A DNA stretch of 64,000 nucleotides. It comes from Akkermansiaceae bacterium (GTDB lineage Bacteria > Verrucomicrobiota > Verrucomicrobiia > Verrucomicrobiales > Akkermansiaceae). The notes beneath the pieces are model-generated. The model did not search any database and was not told where the DNA came from. It was given only the letters and a program-made list of their open reading frames with translations. Positions within the stretch are counted from its first letter, which is position 1, and every line of letters begins with the position of its first letter. The DNA is taken from NCBI GenBank assembly GCA_039768255.1, contig JBDNAW010000019.1:3213-67212 (forward strand). The letters run 5' to 3'. Shown here in pieces: positions 1-8,835 of this stretch. The position numbers and the translations under genes were made by a program.

Positions 1-1
1 A

Positions 2-388
2 AAAACCGTATGTAAAGGGCGCTGGGTGCAAATCATTTCCAACAAACGAATCTGCTACGCTCAGTGGGAAGACTGTGGCCCCTTCGCTACCAATGACTAC
101 AACTACGTCTTCGGTAATACTCGTCCTGCGAATCAAAAAAATAAAGGCGCGGGGATCGACGTCTCACCTGCTGTGAGAGATTACCTCGGGGTCCGTAATC
201 TCTTCCCTGTCCATTGGCGTTTCATTGAATTCGCCCAAGTTCCACGCGGACCATGGTCCCTCTATGGAACAAATAATCCCTTCGTGAACCCGAAGGCAAA
301 TCCTGACCATCACGCACGGATTCGCTATCACGATCACCTCCGGAAAGTGCGCGACGAAGCATATCGGCGCAAAATTCAAAAAAGGTAA
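2..388 (+). CDS. RlpA-like double-psi beta-barrel (DPBB) domain protein, C-terminal part (5' end lies outside window)
   Basis: Frame is open to window start (..KTVCKGRWVQII..). WEDCGPF...GAGIDVSPAVRDYLG resembles the RlpA/DPBB core (DRGPF..IDLS..A..LG). Basic C-terminal tail. Confidence 0.35.
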   Translation, partial: KTVCKGRWVQIISNKRICYAQWEDCGPFATNDYNYVFGNTRPANQKNKGAGIDVSPAVRDYLGVRNLFPVHWRFIEFAQVPRGPWSLYGTNNPFVNPKANPDHHARIRYHDHLRKVRDEAYRRKIQKR

Positions 389-692
389 CTCCCTAAGCGT
401 GGGAATCCCTAGGTATGGGTGTTTTTCAACATAATGATGCCAAACCCAGATACCAAATGAAAAGGGCATATAGAAAGGGAGCACCCTAATTTAGAATACT
501 CCCTTTCATTTGCTCTATGAAACAAACAACGAACACTCATATAACGACACCCACCGTCATCATTTGTCTTTTTTCGTTAAAAAATTCTCCACCAACTCTA
601 TCACAAAAAGAATCATAGGAAATATTTTACATTTTAATATTCGCATTATCATCTATCCCCTAACGTAAGAATGGAGAATATTCCAATATAAT

Positions 693-1373
693 ATGAGCGA
701 GTGGACAGACATCGGCGAGCGACTCAAAGAGGCTCGTGAGAAGAAAGAGCTCACCCTAAAGGATGTCTCTCATCAAATCCGCATACCTACCTCAACGTTA
801 AAAGCGATTGAGGAGAATGATTATTCAAGCTTTCCGAGCCCCGCTTATGCCAAGAGCTTTCTCTCTCAATATTCAGAATACCTCGCGATTAATGCTGATG
901 ATTGGCTCGATTGCTTTGAGACTGGAAACGTCCTCGCACATTCTGAGAACCGAGATTATCTAGTTCCCGATAGATCTGAGGCCCTTCGCGCCACCCCGCA
1001 AGCGCGCGCTCGTAGCTCACGCTCCGTTCACCGTAAACCAAATGTTGCAGGTCAGAATTTCACCCAGCCTCTCCTTCTCTTTCTCATCACCGCGGCTCTC
1101 ATCGGCGCTAGCGTCTGGGGATTTCTCCAGCTGGAAGACCAAATCGCTGAGAAAAAGCCAAAGCTAATCGAGAAAAAGCCCGCCCTTCTTCCTTCTATTC
1201 CCCCGCCGCCGAATCAACCCCAAACCCAAGAGTCCATCGTGGCCTCACCAAATTTTGCTCCTAATACAGGAGTTTCAACCGTAACTGGAACGGAAGACGA
1301 TATTGCTCCGTTGGTGGAAGAAGCAAAGCCTCCTCCTCGCGCGATCATCGTCAATGATGATGAGGAAGAATAA
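693..1373 (+). CDS. RodZ-like HTH (XRE-type) membrane protein
   Basis: N-terminal HTH (LTLKDVSHQIRIPTSTLKAIEEND), one TM helix (LLLFLITAALIGASVWGFL) and a Pro/Gln-rich tail. ATG start. Confidence 0.6.
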   Translation: MSEWTDIGERLKEAREKKELTLKDVSHQIRIPTSTLKAIEENDYSSFPSPAYAKSFLSQYSEYLAINADDWLDCFETGNVLAHSENRDYLVPDRSEALRATPQARARSSRSVHRKPNVAGQNFTQPLLLFLITAALIGASVWGFLQLEDQIAEKKPKLIEKKPALLPSIPPPPNQPQTQESIVASPNFAPNTGVSTVTGTEDDIAPLVEEAKPPPRAIIVNDDEEE

Positions 1374-1403
1374 TTGCCGCTCGGTGGCTGATCCCGCATC
1401 AAT

Positions 1404-1440
1404 AAAAAACGCAGCACTCATTTTGAGTCACTGCGTTTTT
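1404..1440. terminator. Bidirectional rho-independent terminator between convergent genes
   Basis: AAAAACGCAG..(ACTC-TTTT-GAGT)..CTGCGTTTTT: long hairpin flanked by an A-run and a T-run. Confidence 0.75.
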
Positions 1441-1465
1441 GAAGTCTTATGCTTAATGGGTCAGC

Positions 1466-2848
1466 TTAAAAATGAATGGCATGCCCATCCGCATCGAGAG
1501 TGGCCTCGTGGATCGCTTCCGCCAAGGTCGGGTGTGCGTGGATAGTAGCGTGGATATCATCGATCGTGGCCTCTAGGGAGAGGGCAAGCCCCATCTCCGA
1601 AATGAGGTCAGTAGCATTTTCACCAATGATGTGAGCGCCAAGAACTTCACCATGCTCTTCGCCGAAGAGAAGTTTCACGAAACCTTCGGTCTCACCGCTG
1701 GCTTGTGCTTTGCCAAGAGCTTGGTACGGGAACTTTCCAACTTTGTAAGCAATGCCTTCTTCCTTAAGCGCACGCTCCGTTTTTCCAACAGAAGCCACTT
1801 CAGGATAACAATAAGTGCAGCCTGGAAACTGATCGACGCGCTTCACCGCATGACCTTCAACAAAGATACCATCAACACACTGAACCGCTTCAAAGGAAGC
1901 GGTGTGAGCAAGCCATGGAGGACCGGAGATATCTCCAATGGCATAAACACCCGGAAGAGAAGTCTGGTAGCGCTCGTTAATCTCAACCCAACCTCGGTCC
2001 GTCAGCGCAGGCTGCTGACCGCCTGGAAGGACTGGTGAAACTCCGATAGCAACCAGACAGGTATCAGCAGTGATCTCCTGAGTGCCCTTTGAATTTTCTA
2101 CGGTTACGGTGACTGAAGTTCCGTTATCCTTGGTGCCGATGACCTTAGTATCAGTCAGGCAGTTCACACCGGATTTTTGGTAAATTTTGGTGATCGCTTC
2201 ACTGACCTCAGTATCTTCTACAGGCAGTAGATGTGGCATCATTTCGATGAGAGTGACTTCGGTCCCGAACGCATTGTAGATGTATGCAAACTCGACACCA
2301 ATCGCTCCTGCGCCGATGATAACCATCGACTGAGGCTGCTCAGGAAGAATCATCGCTTCTTTCGAAGAGATTACCGATTCCCCATTATACGGAAGACCGG
2401 GAAGGTCACGAGATTTCGCACCAGTCGCAACGATGATGTTTTGTGTCTCGAGAACCTCAGTCGAGCCGTCCTCCTTTTTCACTTCGACCTTTCCTTCCGC
2501 GGCGATAGAACCGAAACCGCGAAGGTAATCTACTTTGTTCTTCTTGAAGAGAAACTCGATACCACCGGCAAGGCGGGTAGAGACATTACGAGAACGGCCG
2601 ATGACTTTAGACCAATCATAAGCTAGATTATCAAAAGAGAGACCGAAAGTTTCAGCATTGTGCTTCAGCTCGTGGTAAAGATGAGCGTTTTTCAAAAGGG
2701 CTTTAGTCGGGATACAGCCCCAGTTGAGACAGGTGCCGCCAGCGCGGTCCATTTCAACAACCGCAACTTTTTTCCCAAGCTGACCAGCACGGATGGCTGC
2801 GACGTATCCACCAGGGCCACCGCCAATAACAACGAGATCGTAAGACAT
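1466..2848 (-). CDS. lpdA: Dihydrolipoyl dehydrogenase (E3 component)
   Basis: FAD GxGxxG motif (VVIGGGPGGYVAAIRAGQLG), redox disulfide GGTCLNWGCIPTK, C-terminal HAHPTLAE. Start taken at ATG 2848 (MSYDLVV); the ORF itself extends to 2875. Confidence 0.95.
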   Translation of the reverse strand: MSYDLVVIGGGPGGYVAAIRAGQLGKKVAVVEMDRAGGTCLNWGCIPTKALLKNAHLYHELKHNAETFGLSFDNLAYDWSKVIGRSRNVSTRLAGGIEFLFKKNKVDYLRGFGSIAAEGKVEVKKEDGSTEVLETQNIIVATGAKSRDLPGLPYNGESVISSKEAMILPEQPQSMVIIGAGAIGVEFAYIYNAFGTEVTLIEMMPHLLPVEDTEVSEAITKIYQKSGVNCLTDTKVIGTKDNGTSVTVTVENSKGTQEITADTCLVAIGVSPVLPGGQQPALTDRGWVEINERYQTSLPGVYAIGDISGPPWLAHTASFEAVQCVDGIFVEGHAVKRVDQFPGCTYCYPEVASVGKTERALKEEGIAYKVGKFPYQALGKAQASGETEGFVKLLFGEEHGEVLGAHIIGENATDLISEMGLALSLEATIDDIHATIHAHPTLAEAIHEATLDADGHAIHF

Positions 2849-2904
2849 GTTTGAAACATGACTTCTCTTGATCAAGAATCAAGGGTGGATGCAGGCTCTC
2901 TTTT

Positions 2905-3804
2905 CTACAATTTCTGCCAATCAAGTGATTCCAAAAGATCACCAAAGCCGAGACCGGGACCAGAAGGAATTTGAAATTCGGGTTTGGCGGGACCTAAAGC
3001 CTCAATGAAAGGATTCATCTTAAAAAGCTGATGCGTTTGGAGACCGTGAACCTCTTTGAGGCTTTGTGGCGCAAGCGCTGTTTGCCAGGCTGCAAAAGCC
3101 TGACCCAAAGGATGATCCATGTAACTTGTGAAGATTTTGCGCCCTGGCCGCTCCAAAATCGGCGCCGGATCATTCACCGCTGGCTTAATCACGTGGATTC
3201 CACAGGAACTATTGCCTTCAACCGCCCAATCGTTAGCGAGTGGGGTTTTCGTAGTTTTCTCAAAAACGGCCCACTGATCTTGAGAAAAAGGAAAGGGATC
3301 TTCGAGGAAGTCGATCTTTGAGGTAATCTCAACAAGGTCCGCACGGAGCTGCGCTTCATCTGCTGATCCATTAAAATCAATCCGCCATCTGACTTCTGGA
3401 AAGTCATGAAAGAGGGCTTTAAGAGAACCGAGAGTCTGGTTGGCTTTGATCTTAATCACCGTAAAACCAGCTAAGAGGGCTTTTTCGACAAGGTCATGCG
3501 ATGGACGCGGCAACGTTGCGTGACTCTTTGGAACAGCGAGGTGCTGGAACAAAGAAATATTTTTCTCACGCGCTTCTCCATCGGCCTGAGCACAGGCAAG
3601 GGTGCGCTGCATGAGGTGAGATTCAGGGTTCGCCAAACATTCCGAGAGTGATGGGTCACCCAATTCAGGCCACGGGTGAATACAGCCGAAACCGCTCCCC
3701 TGCCGGATCAGCGCACCGTGAAAAACACGGTTCTTCGAGAGAGCATTGAGCGCCACTGCAGACTGCAGCTGATAGGGGGAAAACCAAAGATCGCTCACAG
3801 CCAA
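2905..3804 (-). CDS. Enolase-superfamily protein, o-succinylbenzoate synthase-like
   Basis: KxK (VIKIKAN), metal-ligand contexts RIDFNGS and FLEDPFP, 299 aa. TTG start directly abuts the upstream stop; an alternative GTG lies at 3798. Confidence 0.55.
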   Translation of the reverse strand: MAVSDLWFSPYQLQSAVALNALSKNRVFHGALIRQGSGFGCIHPWPELGDPSLSECLANPESHLMQRTLACAQADGEAREKNISLFQHLAVPKSHATLPRPSHDLVEKALLAGFTVIKIKANQTLGSLKALFHDFPEVRWRIDFNGSADEAQLRADLVEITSKIDFLEDPFPFSQDQWAVFEKTTKTPLANDWAVEGNSSCGIHVIKPAVNDPAPILERPGRKIFTSYMDHPLGQAFAAWQTALAPQSLKEVHGLQTHQLFKMNPFIEALGPAKPEFQIPSGPGLGFGDLLESLDWQKL

Positions 3805-4272
3805 TTAATCCCAAAAGTAGGATTGTTTAGAGGCGACTTTTTGTCCCCCTTCATAGAGAATAAATCGCCAAGAGAGGATCCGTCCATTCTTCTTGTAGCC
3901 CGATCCAATGATTTGAAATTCAGCACACCCGCTCTCCGAGGCAGGCAAGATGCGCGAGGTTCTCTTCACACGCGCACCTGTAGAAGCTTGGCGGTATTCG
4001 AAAAGGATTTTGACTGGCTCCTTGCCTGTAAGCTGCTGCCAGTTCACCGTGTAATAATGCCCTTTACGCGCTTCGCACTCCTGAGCCGTGATAGCGCCAT
4101 GCATCCGCTTATTAATCACACCGCGGATAAATTGATTCTCATCATAGCGATCATAGTAATCACGCTCAACCTCGGGGTCCGTGAGGTGGAATTGACGAAT
4201 TGAGAGAGTTTCTTTCGATGCGCAAGAGACAAAAAGCAATGCGAATGCGCAGAGAAAGAACACCGTTTTCAC
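3805..4272 (-). CDS. Lipoprotein, unknown function
   Basis: Signal peptide with lipobox (ALLFVS|C). No recognisable domain. Zero-gap upstream of the menC-like gene. Confidence 0.6.
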   Translation of the reverse strand: MKTVFFLCAFALLFVSCASKETLSIRQFHLTDPEVERDYYDRYDENQFIRGVINKRMHGAITAQECEARKGHYYTVNWQQLTGKEPVKILFEYRQASTGARVKRTSRILPASESGCAEFQIIGSGYKKNGRILSWRFILYEGGQKVASKQSYFWD

Positions 4273-4400
4273 GCGAGCATCATTTCCGCTGAGAGACCAG
4301 TATTCAATGCAAAAGCTAGCTCAGATGTGGACTCCATTAAAAAAATCAGCAATTTTGCACGCTTTTCTCTTCCGAAAAGATCCATTAGAATTTTGGCGTA

Positions 4401-4901
4401 ATGGAAGAAGCGATCCGCGAACGTCTTGATGAATTCATCCGCAAGAAAGGTCTGCGGCAGACGACGCAGCGGGATGAAATCGTGGAAGTAATCTTTGCCA
4501 CTGATGAGCATTTCACGCCCGATGAACTCTTCGACCGCCTTAAGGCAGCAGGCTCCCAAGCCTCGCGTGCCACCGTCTATCGCACCCTATCCCTCCTAGA
4601 CGAAGCTGACCTCATTCATGAAATTGAGCTGGGAGATGGTCAAAAAACTTACGACCCCAACTTTCTCGATCGCCCCACTCACAATCACCTCATCTGTGTA
4701 GACTGCGGTAAGGTGGTAGAATTTGAAGATTCCCACCTCGATCTCCTCAATGACTGCGTCACGCGCCGGCTGGGGTATCGCCCGGTGAGGCAATCCCTAA
4801 GAATTGAGGCCGCCTGCGAAAAATTACGGAATGAGGGAAGTTGCCCTGATCTGATTCACGCGCGCATTAGGGGAAAGCGTCTCCCAAATCGTAAAAAGTA
4901 A
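4401..4901 (+). CDS. fur: Fur-family metalloregulator
   Basis: Winged-helix QRDEIVEVI.., HNHLIC and CVDCGKV metal-site motifs, 166 aa. Could equally be a Zur/PerR-type member. Confidence 0.85.
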   Translation: MEEAIRERLDEFIRKKGLRQTTQRDEIVEVIFATDEHFTPDELFDRLKAAGSQASRATVYRTLSLLDEADLIHEIELGDGQKTYDPNFLDRPTHNHLICVDCGKVVEFEDSHLDLLNDCVTRRLGYRPVRQSLRIEAACEKLRNEGSCPDLIHARIRGKRLPNRKK

Positions 4902-5201
4902 TCAAAGCGAACGTAGCAGATCGTAGCTGTAAATTCCGCTACTGTGGCCATCAGCCCAAAAAAACTGCAAAGCGTATCCACCTACGAGCTCATGCTTCTG
5001 GAGATTAAAACTCCGATCCGGATCATGGGTGACTTTCGGAATAAGCACCTTCCCGGTGACATCAGGTTCACCCTGACAAGCCGCACATGGACAAGCCTTC
5101 CGAAGAGCTTCAAGCTGAATGTAGCTCTCTGCCCCATCACCCCAAGCGAGCGCGAGTTCTGTTCCGATGATGGCGATATTTTCTACGCTGATTGGATTCA
5201 T
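4902..5201 (-). CDS. DUF971 (gamma-butyrobetaine hydroxylase-like N-terminal) domain protein
   Basis: CPCAACQGE zinc-ribbon-like motif and FFWADGHSSGIYSYDLLR tail, typical of DUF971. ATGA overlap with yggS. Confidence 0.7.
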   Translation of the reverse strand: MNPISVENIAIIGTELALAWGDGAESYIQLEALRKACPCAACQGEPDVTGKVLIPKVTHDPDRSFNLQKHELVGGYALQFFWADGHSSGIYSYDLLRSL

Positions 5202-5893
5202 GAGGGAGTGGGGTAATTTCGGGGACCGAAGATTGCCGAACCAACGCGGACGGTGGTGGAGCCTTCTTCAATCGCGATTTCATAATCGCCGCTCATCCCC
5301 ATGCTAATCGCAGGGAGCGATAGTCCGGAACGCTGACGAATCTCATCTTGAAATTCGCGAAGCTGCGCAAACCACGGACGTGCGGCTTCGGCATTCTCGA
5401 CTCGAGGAGGAATACACATGAGCCCACGCCAGTTGAGATGCTCAAGGGCGCAGATTTCATCAAGAGATGAGAGAAGCTCGCTTTTCGAAAAACCGTGCTT
5501 CGATTCTTCTTCTCCGAGATTAAGCTCGAGGAAAACATGGGGCCTGATTTCGAGCTCACCTGCGACTCGGTCAGTAAAACGGCAAAGCTTGATCGAACTC
5601 AGGCTATGAATTACCTGAAAGAGAGGTAGAACCTTGCGAACTTTATTTCGCTGAAGAGTGCCGATGAAATGCCATTCGAGATTCGAAGGAAGCACGGGAA
5701 CTTTAAGCTCACCTTCTTGGAGTTTATTTTCACCGAAAAGAAGCTGTCCCGCTTCGACGACTTCGCGAACAGTTTCGGCAGGCCAGGTTTTCGAAACCAC
5801 AAGAAGATCGACGTCCTGAGACTCCCGACCAGATCGACGAGCAGCTTCCGCAACTTTCTCACGGACTAAAGAGAGGCGCTCAGAAATACTCAC
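5198..5893 (-). CDS. yggS: YggS-family PLP homeostasis protein
   Basis: LLVVSKT (PLP lysine), FGENKLQE, HFIGTLQRNK, SMGMSGDYEIAIEEGST. GTG start overlaps the ctp stop (GTGA). Confidence 0.9.
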   Translation of the reverse strand: MSISERLSLVREKVAEAARRSGRESQDVDLLVVSKTWPAETVREVVEAGQLLFGENKLQEGELKVPVLPSNLEWHFIGTLQRNKVRKVLPLFQVIHSLSSIKLCRFTDRVAGELEIRPHVFLELNLGEEESKHGFSKSELLSSLDEICALEHLNWRGLMCIPPRVENAEAARPWFAQLREFQDEIRQRSGLSLPAISMGMSGDYEIAIEEGSTTVRVGSAIFGPRNYPTPS

Positions 5894-8115
5894 GGCTTTG
5901 TCAGCTCACCATTGTAGCCTGCGGTTTTTTGAAGCTCGATGAGATCGCGCATCACGGCGAGGCTTTCGCGCTTTCCAGCGTCGATTCCACTTGGCCATTC
6001 CGGAGTATCGTCGAGTTCTGCGAGATCATCCTTGGCACGACGCATGTGACGCTCGTCTTCGTCTTTAAGATTCAGTTCAGGAAGAGGTTCCGCTTTGAGA
6101 TCTTCCAAACTGAGACGATATATTTTGATCTCCTTGTCGTCTTGCTCTTCGATCTTGGAAAACCGAACACGGCGCTCTTTGTTACGGGCCTTACGGCGAC
6201 TCTCGTTCTCTTCATTCTCAGCTTTTCGCTTACGCTTGTTGAGCGAGATTGAGTTCTCCTCTAGCTGCTGTTTAATACGATCACGGTCTTCGTTGAGATA
6301 TTTGTATTCTTGATTACTAGAAACACGGGCCACACTCCGCTTTTTCAGCTCATCGAGAAAAAGGTGACCAGATGTGAAAGGCTTAAAGTCAGAGGAAGGA
6401 CGTATCAGATCATGCGCGAGGGCGTGTTTTGCGTGAGCTTCTCCAACTTCAAGAACATCAGTAACGGCGGGAAGCTTAATATCAGGAACTACTCCTTCGA
6501 TCTGAACAGAGCTTCCAGATGGGCGATAGTATTTTTGCGTAGTGAGTTTAATCGCACCAACACGCTCAGTCGGCTTAAAGAGTCGAGAATAACGCGCGAT
6601 CGGAATCGGCTGCTGCACCGTCCCTTTTCCAAAGGTATTCGCACTTCCGATCACGACTGCTCGATTGTAGTCCTGGAGGGCTCCCGCGAGAATTTCGCTC
6701 GCAGAGGCACTCCCTTTATCGGTGAGGATTACAAGGGGGCCTGTGTAAAGGGGCTTAAAACGTGGAGCACTCAACGTTTTAATTTGGCCTGTATATTCTT
6801 TGACCTGAACCACAGGGCTACTCCCATTGAAGAACCCAGTCATACGTCGCACCTCATCCAGCGAGCCGCCACCATTACCTCGTAGATCGATCATGATTCC
6901 AGAGACGCCTTCTTTTTCCAAACGCTCAATGAGGTCTGCGGTATGATTCGAGACGTTCCTGCTCCGGTCTGCCTGATCGAAGTAGAATTGCGGAATGCGA
7001 ATCACCCCAATTTTCACAGGCGCATCCTCTCCCTGATAAGTAATGACTTCCGCTCCAGCCTGCTCTTCCTTCATATCGACAGGCTCCCGTCTGATCACAT
7101 AGATGCGAGTTTCACCAGGAGAGCCATCAGCGGGTTCCACCTTCAGAGCAACTTCAGAATCTTTCTCACCTCGGATTTTTTCGACTACCTTATCGATTGG
7201 TAGAAACATAATGTCGGTCCAGTTTCCATCGTTCTTGGAATCAACCCCAACTACACGATCACCGAGCTTGAGCTCGCCCGCTTTATCTGCGGGACCATTG
7301 TTGACGATGCCTTCGATTTTAGTCGCACCATCTTCCTCAGCGCGGAGAAGCGCGCCGATACCGATGAGCTTATTACTGATATCGACATTGAACTGCTTTA
7401 GCTCTCGCGGGCTAAAATATTCTGTATGTGGATCATGAGCTCGAGCAAGGGCGCTCAGAATACCATTCGCGATGTCCTCCTCGTCTGAATTTTCGATACT
7501 TTCAAAGAGGCGCTTATAGCGAAGAGTAATTTTTTCACTGATTGATTCCTTATCCGCGAGCGGGTCTTTCTTACCCTGCTCCTTAGCGCGAGTGGCGATG
7601 TCTTCTCGACGAAGCTGCTCACTCAGAAAAGCCGCCTTAATTTGCTTTTTCCAAAGCACCTCAGCCTCTGCTGTGGTAGTTGGCCATGGACTGTCATCAC
7701 GGTCCCGAGTAATCGTATCGTCATTCTCGAAGGTGAATTTTTCTGATTTTAACAGATTCTTAACGAGTTCGCTACGCTCACTCACCCGCTGTCGGTAGGT
7801 CGTATAAATCTTCTTAGCCATCAAAATCCCCATCCCCTCTTGAATCAAAGACGCAGCTGATGAACGGTATTTTTTCGCAAGCATATCAACATCCGATTGT
7901 AGAAAGTAAAAACGTCCCGGATCGAGATCATCGATATAGTCATCGAAAACTCTCTCATTGAGTTTCTCATCGAAAGGTAAACGGGCGTAATGGATATCTT
8001 TGAGAAAACGAGCAACCTCGGTTCCTACCAGATTAAAATCTGCTGCAAAGCTACACCCAGGCAACAAAAGAAGAGTCATTAGTGCAAAAAAGGTGCGTCG
8101 AAATTTTGGAAGCAT
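5890..8115 (-). CDS. S41-family carboxy-terminal processing (tail-specific) protease
   Basis: Signal/lipobox-like N-terminus (LLLPGC), PDZ region, catalytic context GSASASEILAGALQDYNRAVVIG and FGKGTVQ, long Lys/Glu-rich C-terminal tail. Confidence 0.9.
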   Translation of the reverse strand: MLPKFRRTFFALMTLLLLPGCSFAADFNLVGTEVARFLKDIHYARLPFDEKLNERVFDDYIDDLDPGRFYFLQSDVDMLAKKYRSSAASLIQEGMGILMAKKIYTTYRQRVSERSELVKNLLKSEKFTFENDDTITRDRDDSPWPTTTAEAEVLWKKQIKAAFLSEQLRREDIATRAKEQGKKDPLADKESISEKITLRYKRLFESIENSDEEDIANGILSALARAHDPHTEYFSPRELKQFNVDISNKLIGIGALLRAEEDGATKIEGIVNNGPADKAGELKLGDRVVGVDSKNDGNWTDIMFLPIDKVVEKIRGEKDSEVALKVEPADGSPGETRIYVIRREPVDMKEEQAGAEVITYQGEDAPVKIGVIRIPQFYFDQADRSRNVSNHTADLIERLEKEGVSGIMIDLRGNGGGSLDEVRRMTGFFNGSSPVVQVKEYTGQIKTLSAPRFKPLYTGPLVILTDKGSASASEILAGALQDYNRAVVIGSANTFGKGTVQQPIPIARYSRLFKPTERVGAIKLTTQKYYRPSGSSVQIEGVVPDIKLPAVTDVLEVGEAHAKHALAHDLIRPSSDFKPFTSGHLFLDELKKRSVARVSSNQEYKYLNEDRDRIKQQLEENSISLNKRKRKAENEENESRRKARNKERRVRFSKIEEQDDKEIKIYRLSLEDLKAEPLPELNLKDEDERHMRRAKDDLAELDDTPEWPSGIDAGKRESLAVMRDLIELQKTAGYNGELTKP

Positions 8116-8203
8116 AGTAAGTGGAACGTTAAAAGTTCAGGTGCCTGTCACAAAATCACTCAAAAGCGCTTATCTGTCGAAGGCTTTTGTTCGCTCATCG
8201 GCA

Positions 8204-8242
8204 CAAAAAAACCGCTCTATGCCCTAGGGCAATGAGCGGTTT
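8204..8242 (-). terminator. Rho-independent terminator downstream of the wza-like gene
   Basis: Minus strand reads AAACCGCTC-loop(GCCCTAGGGC core)-GAGCGGTTTTTTT. Confidence 0.75.
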
Positions 8243-8260
8243 GAAAATCATTCTTGGCAA

Positions 8261-8815
8261 TTATTGACCGATCCAGTTCTTCTGGGGAACTTCGATCATG
8301 TCGTCTGGACGAATGCGAAAGTTCTTATCGACATCATTTTTAAGGTTTAAAGTCTGCATTTTGCCATTTCGATAGAGCTTGATACGTGTCACTGCGCCAA
8401 ACTCAGTTTCGCCACCAGCCGCCTGGACAGCACCAAAAAGGGTCAAACCATCTGTAAATGGGCGTTGTCCAGAAGAACGAACCGCACCTCCAACAACGAA
8501 GGTCTTAGTCACCAGCTGGCTATCACTTGGAAGAATAACTTGGAAGTTAGGATTGGTGTAAATCCCACGACGTTTGTATTCTTCTGCAATTCTCGCCGCA
8601 AGCTCACCAGCGGTCAGGCCTGAAGCTCTAATCGCTCCAATTTCCCACATCGTGATACTTCCGCTAGAAGAAACTTGGTATGTTGAGTTGAGACGGCTTT
8701 GCTCAGTGGCAGGAACACCTTGAATCGAGATTTGTAATGTCTGATTCACTCGAATCTGAGCATTCGCGTGAGCGAATGCGAAAACTGCTAACATAAGAAT
8801 AAAAAGTGATTTCAT
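8261..8815 (-). CDS. Polysaccharide export protein, short Wza-like (Poly_export + one SLBB domain)
   Basis: Signal peptide; Poly_export-like ..SGSITMWEIGAIRASGLTAGELAARI..; SLBB-like FVVGGAVRSSGQRPF..LFGAVQAAGG..RPDDMIEVP. Only 184 aa, with no C-terminal membrane-spanning helix. Confidence 0.8.
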   Translation of the reverse strand: MKSLFILMLAVFAFAHANAQIRVNQTLQISIQGVPATEQSRLNSTYQVSSSGSITMWEIGAIRASGLTAGELAARIAEEYKRRGIYTNPNFQVILPSDSQLVTKTFVVGGAVRSSGQRPFTDGLTLFGAVQAAGGETEFGAVTRIKLYRNGKMQTLNLKNDVDKNFRIRPDDMIEVPQKNWIGQ

Positions 8816-8835
8816 ATTTTTAAAAGGTTTGAGGG

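Noticed and set aside
517-618. 33-codon ORF with a Thr/Ile-rich start (MKQTTNTHITTPTVII..) in the AT-rich 305-bp region upstream of the rodZ-like gene, reminiscent of a thr-type leader peptide
   Set aside because: There is no Shine-Dalgarno-like sequence and no alternative terminator/antiterminator hairpins that I could find. The downstream gene is unrelated to Thr/Ile biosynthesis.
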